Shown: one piece after another, positions 1 through 9,087 of the stretch | How positions within the stretch are numbered: the first letter of the stretch is position 1 | Layout of the letters: every line of letters begins with the position of its first letter | DNA from: Fidelibacterota bacterium | GTDB lineage: Bacteria; Fidelibacterota; Marinisomatia; Marinisomatales; UBA2128 | Reading direction: 5' to 3' | Assembly: GCA_046861645.1 (NCBI GenBank) | Contig: JBHHUM010000030.1 | Coordinates: 1 to 25,358, forward strand | DNA: 25,358 nucleotides | Notes under the pieces: generated by a model | Database searches by the model: none | What the model was told of the DNA's origin: nothing | What the model saw: only the letters and a program-made list of their open reading frames with translations | Program-made: the position numbers and the translations under genes

Positions 1-541
<541 letters not shown>

Positions 542-604
542 AGGTGTTTGTTATCTTTTATGTGTCGATGTTCTTTCCTGTCGACACTGGCCCGCGCATA
601 CCAA

Positions 605-659
605 TTTTCAAAAAACTTTTCGAGTAGGATCTGAATATGAAAAAATTATCCGCACTCGA
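605..659 (-). promoter_or_regulatory. rrn leader antitermination region: boxB-like hairpin followed by boxA-like element
   Basis: Stem TCGAGT 620-625 / ACTCGA 654-659, with inner GGAT/ATCC pairing. It is followed on the minus strand by AGTTTTTTGAAAA (605-617), resembling the AGTTCTTTGAAAA-type boxA. Confidence 0.6.
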
Positions 660-666
660 GCTTTGT

Positions 667-712
667 AACTTAACTTAGTAAAGAACAATACCACAAACGT
701 TTTTTCTAATAT
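667..712 (-). promoter_or_regulatory. Putative rrn sigma70 promoter
   Basis: Minus strand TTGTGG (691-696), 18-nt spacer, TAAGTT (667-672), with an A/T-rich UP-like tract upstream. It lies just before the leader hairpin. Confidence 0.5.
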
Positions 713-737
713 TTCTAGATTTTAATTACCCTGTATT

Positions 738-1661
738 CTAATGAAAACTTAAAATCTCTGGCTCGGGAAAATCAATGAAATTTCCAGGACCAAATCTTCT
801 ATCTACCCACTTGGCATACTTCTTTATCGTCTGTTGATTGGCATAATCAACATCTTTTATAGATCCCCAGATACTACCACTATAAATTGCAACATAAGTT
901 GCTAAGGTAATATACCGCCAATTCTTGTCAATTAATCTCAATCCCAAACCAACTGAGGATATAAAAGTACCTGCTGCTGGACTCCAATCTCTTAAATACG
1001 CCCTACCCCCACCGGGAAATATGCTTATTAACCCAGCCAATTTACGGTTTTTCACAGGTAAGCTTGAAACTTCTTCACAGGCTCTGATGAGGCGTCTTAA
1101 CAATCGATCGTGTTCCCTGGTATCAAACAATTTCCGGCAAAGCTGGAAATTCGCTTTGGCCTGTTCCCATTGTAGCTCCATAAAAAGAGCATAACCATCA
1201 AATACGACTAAATAGGGATCTAAACTATCCCCTAACTGAGCCCTATGAACACTTTCGTAATCACCTTGTTGTAAACTCAAATAAGTCAATCTATAATGGG
1301 CTGCTCGATACTCTGAGGAATTAGGTAGCACATTGGATAATACCTGTTGATAGTATTCCTCGGCTAAGGCTAGATTGCCCATCTCTTCATAGCTGCGTGC
1401 TATTTTATAATATACCAAGGGTATGATTTCATCTTCTGGATATAGAAAAGTATAACGGAAGCAAGCTAATACCGTTCGTTCGTAATATCCTTCCTGAAAG
1501 AGAAAATCACAGAAGCTTAATAGTTCCTCACGTTGAAATGAAGTGTATTCCTTCCACTCTCGCTCTATTTCATCTACTGAATGATATTCTTTCTGTCCCA
1601 GTACTAACTGTAAAGGACTGATAAGAAACAAACACAATGAGACTATAAGAAGTCGGTGCAT
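738..1661 (-). CDS. Exported tetratricopeptide-repeat protein with C-terminal TM2-like hydrophobic segment
   Basis: ATG at 1661 gives a signal-like N-terminus (MHRLLIVSLCLFLISPLQLVLG). The ORF-track TTG at 1688 lies in a terminator loop. TPR-like helices (VYYKIARSYEEMGNLALAEEYYQQVL) and a C-terminal LAGLISIFPGGGRAY motif of TM2-like type. Confidence 0.75.
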   Translation of the reverse strand: MHRLLIVSLCLFLISPLQLVLGQKEYHSVDEIEREWKEYTSFQREELLSFCDFLFQEGYYERTVLACFRYTFLYPEDEIIPLVYYKIARSYEEMGNLALAEEYYQQVLSNVLPNSSEYRAAHYRLTYLSLQQGDYESVHRAQLGDSLDPYLVVFDGYALFMELQWEQAKANFQLCRKLFDTREHDRLLRRLIRACEEVSSLPVKNRKLAGLISIFPGGGRAYLRDWSPAAGTFISSVGLGLRLIDKNWRYITLATYVAIYSGSIWGSIKDVDYANQQTIKKYAKWVDRRFGPGNFIDFPEPEILSFH

Positions 1662-1672
1662 GGGACAAATAT

Positions 1673-1697
1673 AAAAACGGCACGCCAAGCGTGCCGT
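1673..1697 (-). terminator. Rho-independent terminator ending the exported-protein cluster
   Basis: Perfect 9-bp GC-rich inverted repeat ACGGCACGC-CAA-GCGTGCCGT (1677-1697) running into TTTTT on the minus strand, 27 nt after the stop at 1725. Confidence 0.85.
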
Positions 1698-1724
1698 AAA
1701 AAACTTCGATGATAATAGTAAAAC

Positions 1725-2603
1725 TTACTGCAAGAGAAGCATCTTTTTCTGATCAAAAAATCCCTCTGTCTTCAGAGAGTAGAAATAGATCCCTGAAGCC
1801 ATTGCTCTGCCAAACTCATCTCTACCATCCCATTGGATATGATGATAACCAGCGGTCATATCTCTATTCACCAAGGTAACTACCTTCTGCCCTAAGACAT
1901 TATAAACCACTAGCTCAACTGGAGTGGATTCTATCAATTGAAAATCGATAGTAGTCACTGGATTAAAAGGGTTGGGATAATTTTGCCGCAATGCTATTTC
2001 GGTGGGTAGTGCTTCATCAGAGTTACGATCTATACCCAGCATATTAAACGTAACTGGATTATTAACACCCGGATAAGAACAGGTTACGTTTTGAGCCTCT
2101 GCATCAGAGAGACGAACCCCACCTTCACCACCTAACCAAAAGTTAATCTGGCTGCCCACATTACCCACGACATCAAAAGTGATGCTTACTAAAACTCCTT
2201 CACCTACTTCAGTCTCTGCACCCGAAAAACTGAAACCAAAGACAAGAACATCACCATTAGCTGTTTCAGTACCCGGTACCGACCATCCTTCTATCTTATT
2301 ACCTGCTACGGCCGAGTTGAATACCAGAGCATCGTCGGTATCATCAATAACCTCGAACTGAAATGCCCGTAAAGGCTCATTATTGTTAACAAGGATAGTT
2401 AAGGTAATCGCGTCACTGGTACCAGTTAATTCAGGTTCAAAACCCAAACAGGCACATAGTCCAGTGGGAATTTCTTCGCCATAGGTTTCGCTCGTAGTAT
2501 CCATGTCTATATGATAAGCAGTATCTGCTGGACAGTCAACAGGAAAAGCGGGACTGAATAACATTAAAATCGCACCCACCAGTATCCATAAAAATCTTCT
2601 CAT
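1725..2603 (-). CDS. T9SS type-A CTD protein with cohesin-like beta-sandwich domain
   Basis: Signal peptide and SD GAGGAG. Cohesin-like segment (LTILVNNNEPLRAFQFEV...GEGVLVSITFDV...LSDAEAQ). CTD LRQNYPNPFNP...WDGRDEFGRAMASGIYFYSL...KKMLLLQ (FlgD-Ig-like). Confidence 0.85.
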   Translation of the reverse strand: MRRFLWILVGAILMLFSPAFPVDCPADTAYHIDMDTTSETYGEEIPTGLCACLGFEPELTGTSDAITLTILVNNNEPLRAFQFEVIDDTDDALVFNSAVAGNKIEGWSVPGTETANGDVLVFGFSFSGAETEVGEGVLVSITFDVVGNVGSQINFWLGGEGGVRLSDAEAQNVTCSYPGVNNPVTFNMLGIDRNSDEALPTEIALRQNYPNPFNPVTTIDFQLIESTPVELVVYNVLGQKVVTLVNRDMTAGYHHIQWDGRDEFGRAMASGIYFYSLKTEGFFDQKKMLLLQ

Positions 2604-2689
2604 TCTATTACCTTCTCCTCTTACTGTGATAATAAATCTACGATTTCTTTACTAGTACCAAAACCCTTTTTTAATCTGATTGACCCTGA

Positions 2690-5600
2690 TCACTTCAGAT
2701 ACATCATTTTCTTTATTACCTGTTTTTGACCTGCTTTCACACGCAACAGGTATATCCCTGAGGACACTACTTGGCCTTTATTATCCAAACCATCCCAGAC
2801 AACTGCTCTATACCCTGCAACTTGAGTTTCCTTCGTGAGAGTGCGAATGCTTCGACCTAATAGATCATGTATGGTAATGGTAACAAAAGTTTGTTCTGGC
2901 AGTTCATAACGTATGGTAGTAGATGGATTAAAAGGGTTAGGGTAGTTAGCATAAACTACGAATTTTTCTGGAACGAGGGGTCGATCAACAGCAACAGTCA
3001 TTTCAAAATCAGATCGGTTCCCACTTCTTGTAGAGTTAAGTCTGAACATACTCCAGTACTCCCCACTGCCGGCCGAAGTTTTGATGTCAATAACAGACAA
3101 AGTCGACGAAGCTCCCACTGCAATTTCCAGGTCCCCGTCAGCATCAATATCTGCTATGGAAAATGATCCCTCCACGGTACCGGATAAGGAAATGGGAAAG
3201 TTATCCAGTAAAGTACCCTCAGTATCCCAGGCATAAAGAGCACCATTTGAATTGGCGGCTACTATTGCGGGGAAACCTGACCCATTCAAATCACCAAAAA
3301 CAGGAGCACTCTTAAAGGCACTTGTACTCGCTTGTGGCCAACCGGGAAGGGAATTCCCATCATGATCTATTCCAAAAACCTTTTTGATATTACTACCAAA
3401 GAAAATTTCCCAATCGCCATCGTTATCGATATCTTCTATGGCAGGTGCACCCCGAACATCACCGCTGCCATTAACCGTGAAGCGCTGACTACCATCAGAA
3501 TTTATGACATGCAGATAATTATCATCAGACCCCACAATAATTTCCAGAGTGCCATCTCCATTTAGATCCACCAAGGCAGGATCACCATTTATCCTGTTCC
3601 CGGCTGCATAAGGAAAGCCACTCATTACGGACCCATCTGATTCGAACCCCCATACATGATTCGACCAGGTTCCGACTACAATCTCATCGCTGCCATCATC
3701 ATCTATATCACCCACAGCAGGTGCTACCATAATTGACTCATCTACTAAAATCGGGAAAGAATCAAAATCAGATCCATCGTGGTGTATTACATAAAGATAC
3801 TTTCCAAAGCCCCCAAAGATGATTTCCAGGTCGTTATCGCCATCTAAATCCCTGAGCACTGGAGTAGTCATGAGAAATCCATTGGCTGTGTATTCAGCCT
3901 GCAGGGAACCATCTCCATTCAGGATATAACACTTTTGATCTTTAGAACATATAATGATTTCAAGATCACCATCTCCTTCGAGATCAGCTACTGCAGCGGA
4001 TCCTCTAACTTGATTCCCGGTAGTAAAGCTCCATTTCTCACTTCCATCTGAACCAAGAGCATAAATAGTATAATCATCAGTACCGAAAACAATCTCATCA
4101 GAGCCATCGAGGTCAATATCATATATCAAAGGAGAACTATAAATACTTCCTCCCGCCGTGAAAGGAAAGCCCAACTGGTTAAGTGTCAGTTCAAGATCAA
4201 ATACTTCGACTTCTTCATAATCTGCTGGCGGATCACCTGCGGTAATTGTAAGTGTTAAAGGGAGGGACGAAGGAGGAGCATCCGCGGTAATGGAGAATTC
4301 AAAGCGGTCTACGATGTTTACTCCTGTTCCACCACCGATAATATCTGGAAACGTCCCAGTATCGTCTATGATATTAATATACATAGATGTTGAAGAGAGA
4401 GTGGCGGAGACATTGGTAGCTGTCGCCCAACCTTCTGCATTAGCTAAAACTATCCGCATCTTGGCACTTTCTCCGGGATTCAAAACTCCATCGCCATCAT
4501 CTTCGGTAAGTTGTAATGTATATGATTGGACGGACAGATTTGGAAAAACTCCACTGGCAATGGCTGCAAAGACATCAGGACGCCCTACCCCCAGTCGTCC
4601 TTGCAGATAATCTTCAGTATTAACATCATAGATTATTGAATCAGCAGTTTCGAGAAGGCGTTGTTCTATCCAATCACGATCGGCTTCAGGAAAATAGGAC
4701 CAGAGAAGGGCGTAACAGCCAGACACTACAGGTGAAGACATGGAGGTTCCATCCCATGACTGATACCCACCAGAAACAGTCGCATAAACGGTACTTAGTA
4801 TGTTTTCGCCAGGAGCAGCAAAGTCTACCGATTCATGGTATGTAGCCCAGTGATGCCAGACATCATTTTGCCCAAGGGCAGTTACCGAAATAACGTTATC
4901 ATAACTGGAGGGATAATGAGCCGCATATTCCTCATTTCCAAAATCATCACCGTTACCCGCCGAAGCGATAATAATAGTTCCATAATTATTGTAAACATTG
5001 TTGATTACGGCCTGCTCACCACCACTGGGACCACCCCCACCCCAACTACAGTTGATGATATTTGCCCCTGCTTTAGCGGCAAACAGGATACCATTATATC
5101 CGCCTACGATAGCGGTGCCATCATCATAAGCGCATTTTACCGGCATGTGCTTGATTGACCAACCTTCACTGGCCATCCCAAGACTATTGTTGGTGGCAGC
5201 ACCTGGAACTCCTGCAACGTGAGTCCCATGCATGTTACCTCCATAAGTACCCTGTCCAGGAGGACCCACTGGATCATTATCGTCCTCACCTATGTCCCAG
5301 CCAATAAGATTATCCACGTAACCATCACCATCATCATCCACTCCATTTAAATCGCCAGAATCGAGTTGCCACACTCCACTTACATATTCTACAGTAACAC
5401 CATCACCGTCGTAATCTTCATCTAAATTTTGCCATAGATTTCCAATAAGATCAGGATGATCCCAATCGCAACCAGTATCCACTATCCCCACTACGATACT
5501 CTCGTCACCGGGATTATCCCCACTGGCAATATCCCACATGTCCCAAGCTTGCTCAATTGTTACCTGAGGAATGTACCATTGCTGACTGTATTTGGGATCA

Positions 5601-5998
5601 TTAGGCTCATAAAACAAACGATGGATAGGAATACGTTCGGCAAAGAGGATATGCTCATCAGAAGAAAATGCAGCGATGACTTCCTGAATGTCACTCCTAA
5701 ACTCTGGTAGGGTAATCTCATAAAACCTGTTGAGGAAAATATCCCCATCTTTATCGAAATCTGTCGCAGTTGGTAACCAGGGTTGAATAGCTACTGCCTC
5801 CATTTCCTGCAACAATTGGTCAAAGGAATCAAAACCAGTAATAGTACCAGCCTTGGCCTCTTTTAATTCAATTCTACCAAGTTCATTTTTGAAATAAACA
5901 CGAAACCTATCAGTATGAAAAGCACCATTCGGATTGGCAGTAAAAGCAAAGCTTAACAACATAAAATTAAGGGTGCCTATTGAAAAAAAGTTATTCAT
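2690..5998 (-). CDS. Secreted S8 (subtilisin-like) serine peptidase with FG-GAP-like propeller and T9SS type-A CTD
   Basis: Catalytic motifs VGIVDTG (Asp), HGTHVAG (His), ASAGN (oxyanion Asn) and GTSMSSP (Ser). N-terminal propeptide, eight DxDxDGxxEI-type repeats, CTD NYPNPFNP...KKMMYLK. ATG 5998 is preferred over GTG 6007 because AGGTGA lies 5 nt upstream. Confidence 0.93.
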   Translation of the reverse strand: MNNFFSIGTLNFMLLSFAFTANPNGAFHTDRFRVYFKNELGRIELKEAKAGTITGFDSFDQLLQEMEAVAIQPWLPTATDFDKDGDIFLNRFYEITLPEFRSDIQEVIAAFSSDEHILFAERIPIHRLFYEPNDPKYSQQWYIPQVTIEQAWDMWDIASGDNPGDESIVVGIVDTGCDWDHPDLIGNLWQNLDEDYDGDGVTVEYVSGVWQLDSGDLNGVDDDGDGYVDNLIGWDIGEDDNDPVGPPGQGTYGGNMHGTHVAGVPGAATNNSLGMASEGWSIKHMPVKCAYDDGTAIVGGYNGILFAAKAGANIINCSWGGGGPSGGEQAVINNVYNNYGTIIIASAGNGDDFGNEEYAAHYPSSYDNVISVTALGQNDVWHHWATYHESVDFAAPGENILSTVYATVSGGYQSWDGTSMSSPVVSGCYALLWSYFPEADRDWIEQRLLETADSIIYDVNTEDYLQGRLGVGRPDVFAAIASGVFPNLSVQSYTLQLTEDDGDGVLNPGESAKMRIVLANAEGWATATNVSATLSSTSMYINIIDDTGTFPDIIGGGTGVNIVDRFEFSITADAPPSSLPLTLTITAGDPPADYEEVEVFDLELTLNQLGFPFTAGGSIYSSPLIYDIDLDGSDEIVFGTDDYTIYALGSDGSEKWSFTTGNQVRGSAAVADLEGDGDLEIIICSKDQKCYILNGDGSLQAEYTANGFLMTTPVLRDLDGDNDLEIIFGGFGKYLYVIHHDGSDFDSFPILVDESIMVAPAVGDIDDDGSDEIVVGTWSNHVWGFESDGSVMSGFPYAAGNRINGDPALVDLNGDGTLEIIVGSDDNYLHVINSDGSQRFTVNGSGDVRGAPAIEDIDNDGDWEIFFGSNIKKVFGIDHDGNSLPGWPQASTSAFKSAPVFGDLNGSGFPAIVAANSNGALYAWDTEGTLLDNFPISLSGTVEGSFSIADIDADGDLEIAVGASSTLSVIDIKTSAGSGEYWSMFRLNSTRSGNRSDFEMTVAVDRPLVPEKFVVYANYPNPFNPSTTIRYELPEQTFVTITIHDLLGRSIRTLTKETQVAGYRAVVWDGLDNKGQVVSSGIYLLRVKAGQKQVIKKMMYLK
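3119..4120 (-). repeat. Eight FG-GAP/VCBS-like protein repeats (probable beta-propeller)
   Basis: DIDLDGSDEIV, DLEGDGDLEII, DLDGDNDLEII, DIDDDGSDEIV, DLNGDGTLEII, DIDNDGDWEIF, DLNGSGFPAIV and DIDADGDLEIA at roughly 44-47 aa spacing. Confidence 0.85.
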
Positions 5999-6051
5999 CC
6001 AACTCACCTTTCTATTTGTGTAATTTCCCCTGAACAGAGGCGACCCAGCAA

Positions 6052-6093
6052 CAGAAGCTGCCTGTAGATATCAGTCTTCTCAGGCAACTTCTG
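6052..6093 (-). other. Intergenic RNA stem-loop (13 bp), stabiliser, processing site or weak terminator
   Basis: CAGAAGCTGCCTG (6052-6064) / CAGGCAACTTCTG (6081-6093). The single mismatch is a G-U pair on the minus-strand transcript. No good U-tract follows. Confidence 0.65.
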
Positions 6094-6118
6094 ATAACAG
6101 ACTCTCGTCTATAAATCG

Positions 6119-8965
6119 TTATTTGACAAGAATCAGCTTCTTTGCTGAAGAATGTTTTTCTGTCTCAATCCGATAAATATAGACTCCTGTAGCTAGATCA
6201 CTGGCATCCAGATGATAACTATACCGACCGGCAGGAAGATTCTCATTTACTAAGATATGAACCAATCGTCCAGTGACATCGTACAATTCTAATTTGACGT
6301 GTTGCCTGGTCGGCAGATCGAAAGGAATGAAGGTTACGGGATTGAACGGATTGGGATAGTTTTGCCTAAGAGCAAACTCTTTTGGAAGCCCATTATCTTG
6401 CTGATTGATGGTTACTGCTGCATCCACTTTTGCCCGAATCATAAGGTCACCGCTGTATCCCAGATCAGCAATTGAGCCCCAATCATCACCGGGAATCTGG
6501 TAGTAACTGACATCATCCGGACTGTCGGTATCCAGACCGAGCTGTGGCGACAGAGAAGTCTCACCCCAACCAACGTAAAATCCTCCATCGGAGATCACAA
6601 TATCTGCCGTGGAAACATCTTTTTCGTTCCAACCTTCAATAACGCTGGAGAAAAGCAGGGTAGTGCCAATCTGACTACCGGGCATACCCCCTTCACCATC
6701 ATCGGCCCATAAGTAAATCCACGACAAACCACCATCCCCGGTGGCATAGTATTTCAATGAGACGAGGGTTACGGGTTCTTCAGGAACGAAATGTACCGCA
6801 TAGAAACCACCATCTCCAAGAGAGGTGACACTGCTTTCTGCGGTTCCATCATCATAGGACATCTCATAGATAGTTGCCGCTTCTGGTGTGGCTGTTACTT
6901 CATTGGAGAAGTCACTTTCCACCTCATCGGGTGTCCCGTAGTTATATACAGCCGTTACTACATAATAATAGGTTGTACCATTCGTAACAAAAGGATCTTC
7001 AAAGAGTACATCCGGCCATAATTCGCCATACCAGAGAGGATCAGTATAGTCTCCTCCCTCGGTATGTCTATAGATATTGTAAGCTATATTTACTTCACCA
7101 CCAGCTCCTATCACAGCCCGAATTCCCCATTCTCCATCCGGCAGACTATTCGCTTCAGCAACGGATTGCCAAGTCGACCAACTATCAAAATTGACATAAC
7201 TGTGTCCAGAGGGTACGGCTGATTCATCCAAGGGTGCATACATGATGGAGGCATCCTCGAAAGTGCCAGCATCAAAAGCAATAACAAAATCACCTTCAAA
7301 TACCCAACCATCAGCACTAAGGTCAATATCATTCCAGGATCCAACTGTAAGAGAGATATCTTTTGAATAAAGAGAGACATCTTCTATTAGACCCCCGAAG
7401 GCATCAAAACCATAGATTGTGGTAGTAGTACCAGTATTACTATCATAACCATAAATGCGAGCCGTCTCAACTGTAGCACCGAAGGGAGCATTGAAATATT
7501 CACCTGCCATGAATAGTCCATCTGTAGAGTAAATTCCATTTGTGAAAAAGCTGCCACTTCCATCATCATTATCGTAACCAATTTCGCCACCAGCACCTAC
7601 ACCCACTGGATCCCAATTCAGCGTCACTAAAGCATCTCCAGCCACTGCGATCAAATTTTCCGGCACTGGCAACTCTGTGGTCAGACTCTTTTTCCAGATA
7701 TGGACATCATCAATGAAGAAGCCTTCACCGTTTCCACCATCATCATTATCATCAATGATTGCTACCCAACGAAGCCGGATATCCAGCCCGGCAAAATCGG
7801 AAAGATCTAACATAACATTTCCATTAAATGGTTCACCAGGATCGTAGGTATCCCATCCGGAACCTCCGGGACGAGTTATATCGCCGTAGTCGTAGAAAAC
7901 ATCTGTCCAGGCTAATCCTGAGGCCGACATTACAATCTGATCGTCAGCGTTATCATAAAGCAGGTTTCCTTGATCACTATTGTCCACCGATAAATTATCT
8001 ATAAAGAATCCGATCAGTCCAGGTTCATCGGATGTTGACCATGCAGGATCTGAACCAAAAGCAAACCTGAGGATAACGGTTTCTCCAGCATAACTGTCCA
8101 GATTAAAACTGGCATCCTCCCAGCCGCTACCATATCCTCCCCAACCGGGAGAAGAGCAAGATTCTCCGTTATAAAACCAACCATAACAGCTTGTGCTGGT
8201 ATAAGATGGAGAACCCTCAAGGATTTCCCAGGTAGTTCCTCCGTCAGTTGAGATTCTGACGTTGGCTGCGTCCCATCCATCTATCAGACACCCCTGGATA
8301 TCCTGTGGTGCACCTGTGTACTCTTCAATAGCATATTGCAACTTGAAAGATAGACTGGTGTTTCCCGATGAAGGGATAGTAATCTCGGGAGAATCGAGAA
8401 ATTGTAACCACCCGTTAGTATAACCATTCAAGGTTTCATCACCGCACCACCAGGAGTTACCTTCAAAGGCATTAAAGGAAGATGTATGCCAGGGAGAACT
8501 GCTTAAATCCGCAACATCCACACTATAGTAGTCTTCCAAGAAATTGTCACCGTCACCATCAAAATCCACAAAATCGCACCATAAGTCGAAATTAAAATGA
8601 ATGCTCTCATTCTCTTCCAGACTTGGCAGCGTAACAACGGGAGTAATGAGCGATGAAATCGTGCTGTAATTATCATCATCAATCCAGGCACTATGTGTAG
8701 GACTACTGGAACTCTGCTCTGTTAATTCCCACCCTGATTCAAAAGTCCAACCGGCTGTTCCAGATTCTAAATCATCGAAAAAGATTGTCGTAGTATCTCT
8801 GTTGGATATTCGAGAGGAATTCAATATTCCCTGCCAATTTGAATCACGGTCAGCTTCGACTGTTGGTCTGGCCTGCTCATGAACCTGAAGATCTTTGGCA
8901 TTCAGGGAAGCAAATTTCAACAGGAAAATGGAAAGTAAAACTAATCCCGGTATTATTCTTTTCAT
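6119..8965 (-). CDS. T9SS type-A CTD multidomain adhesin-like protein (MAM/immune-inhibitor-A-like jelly rolls, FN3, two YDDG-type beta-sandwiches)
   Basis: SD GAGGTG and signal peptide. Jelly-roll motifs (FFDDLESG, LDSYAGETVILRF, GFFIDD), FN3 motifs (PENLIAVAGDALVTLNWD; VTNGTTYYYVVTAVY) and CTD LRQNYPNPFNP...KKLILVK. No catalytic motif seen. Confidence 0.82.
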   Translation of the reverse strand: MKRIIPGLVLLSIFLLKFASLNAKDLQVHEQARPTVEADRDSNWQGILNSSRISNRDTTTIFFDDLESGTAGWTFESGWELTEQSSSSPTHSAWIDDDNYSTISSLITPVVTLPSLEENESIHFNFDLWCDFVDFDGDGDNFLEDYYSVDVADLSSSPWHTSSFNAFEGNSWWCGDETLNGYTNGWLQFLDSPEITIPSSGNTSLSFKLQYAIEEYTGAPQDIQGCLIDGWDAANVRISTDGGTTWEILEGSPSYTSTSCYGWFYNGESCSSPGWGGYGSGWEDASFNLDSYAGETVILRFAFGSDPAWSTSDEPGLIGFFIDNLSVDNSDQGNLLYDNADDQIVMSASGLAWTDVFYDYGDITRPGGSGWDTYDPGEPFNGNVMLDLSDFAGLDIRLRWVAIIDDNDDGGNGEGFFIDDVHIWKKSLTTELPVPENLIAVAGDALVTLNWDPVGVGAGGEIGYDNDDGSGSFFTNGIYSTDGLFMAGEYFNAPFGATVETARIYGYDSNTGTTTTIYGFDAFGGLIEDVSLYSKDISLTVGSWNDIDLSADGWVFEGDFVIAFDAGTFEDASIMYAPLDESAVPSGHSYVNFDSWSTWQSVAEANSLPDGEWGIRAVIGAGGEVNIAYNIYRHTEGGDYTDPLWYGELWPDVLFEDPFVTNGTTYYYVVTAVYNYGTPDEVESDFSNEVTATPEAATIYEMSYDDGTAESSVTSLGDGGFYAVHFVPEEPVTLVSLKYYATGDGGLSWIYLWADDGEGGMPGSQIGTTLLFSSVIEGWNEKDVSTADIVISDGGFYVGWGETSLSPQLGLDTDSPDDVSYYQIPGDDWGSIADLGYSGDLMIRAKVDAAVTINQQDNGLPKEFALRQNYPNPFNPVTFIPFDLPTRQHVKLELYDVTGRLVHILVNENLPAGRYSYHLDASDLATGVYIYRIETEKHSSAKKLILVK

Positions 8966-9087
8966 GTTAACACCTCTAAGTTGGGTTTATCGTTGTATTT
9001 ATTAAAAAATCTTAGTTGCATTCATATTATCCATAAGTACAACTTACTCCTGCATAAGGACATGATGCCATGATTTTTATCACATTC

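Noticed and set aside
6119..8965. Calling the 948-aa protein an M6/immune inhibitor A metalloprotease or gingipain
   Set aside because: Only accessory beta-sandwich domains are visible, with no HExxH or C25 catalytic motif.
9070..9085. CRP-like site TGTGA-N6-TCATG upstream of the 948-aa gene
   Set aside because: Imperfect match in AT-rich DNA with no convincing associated promoter, so likely chance.
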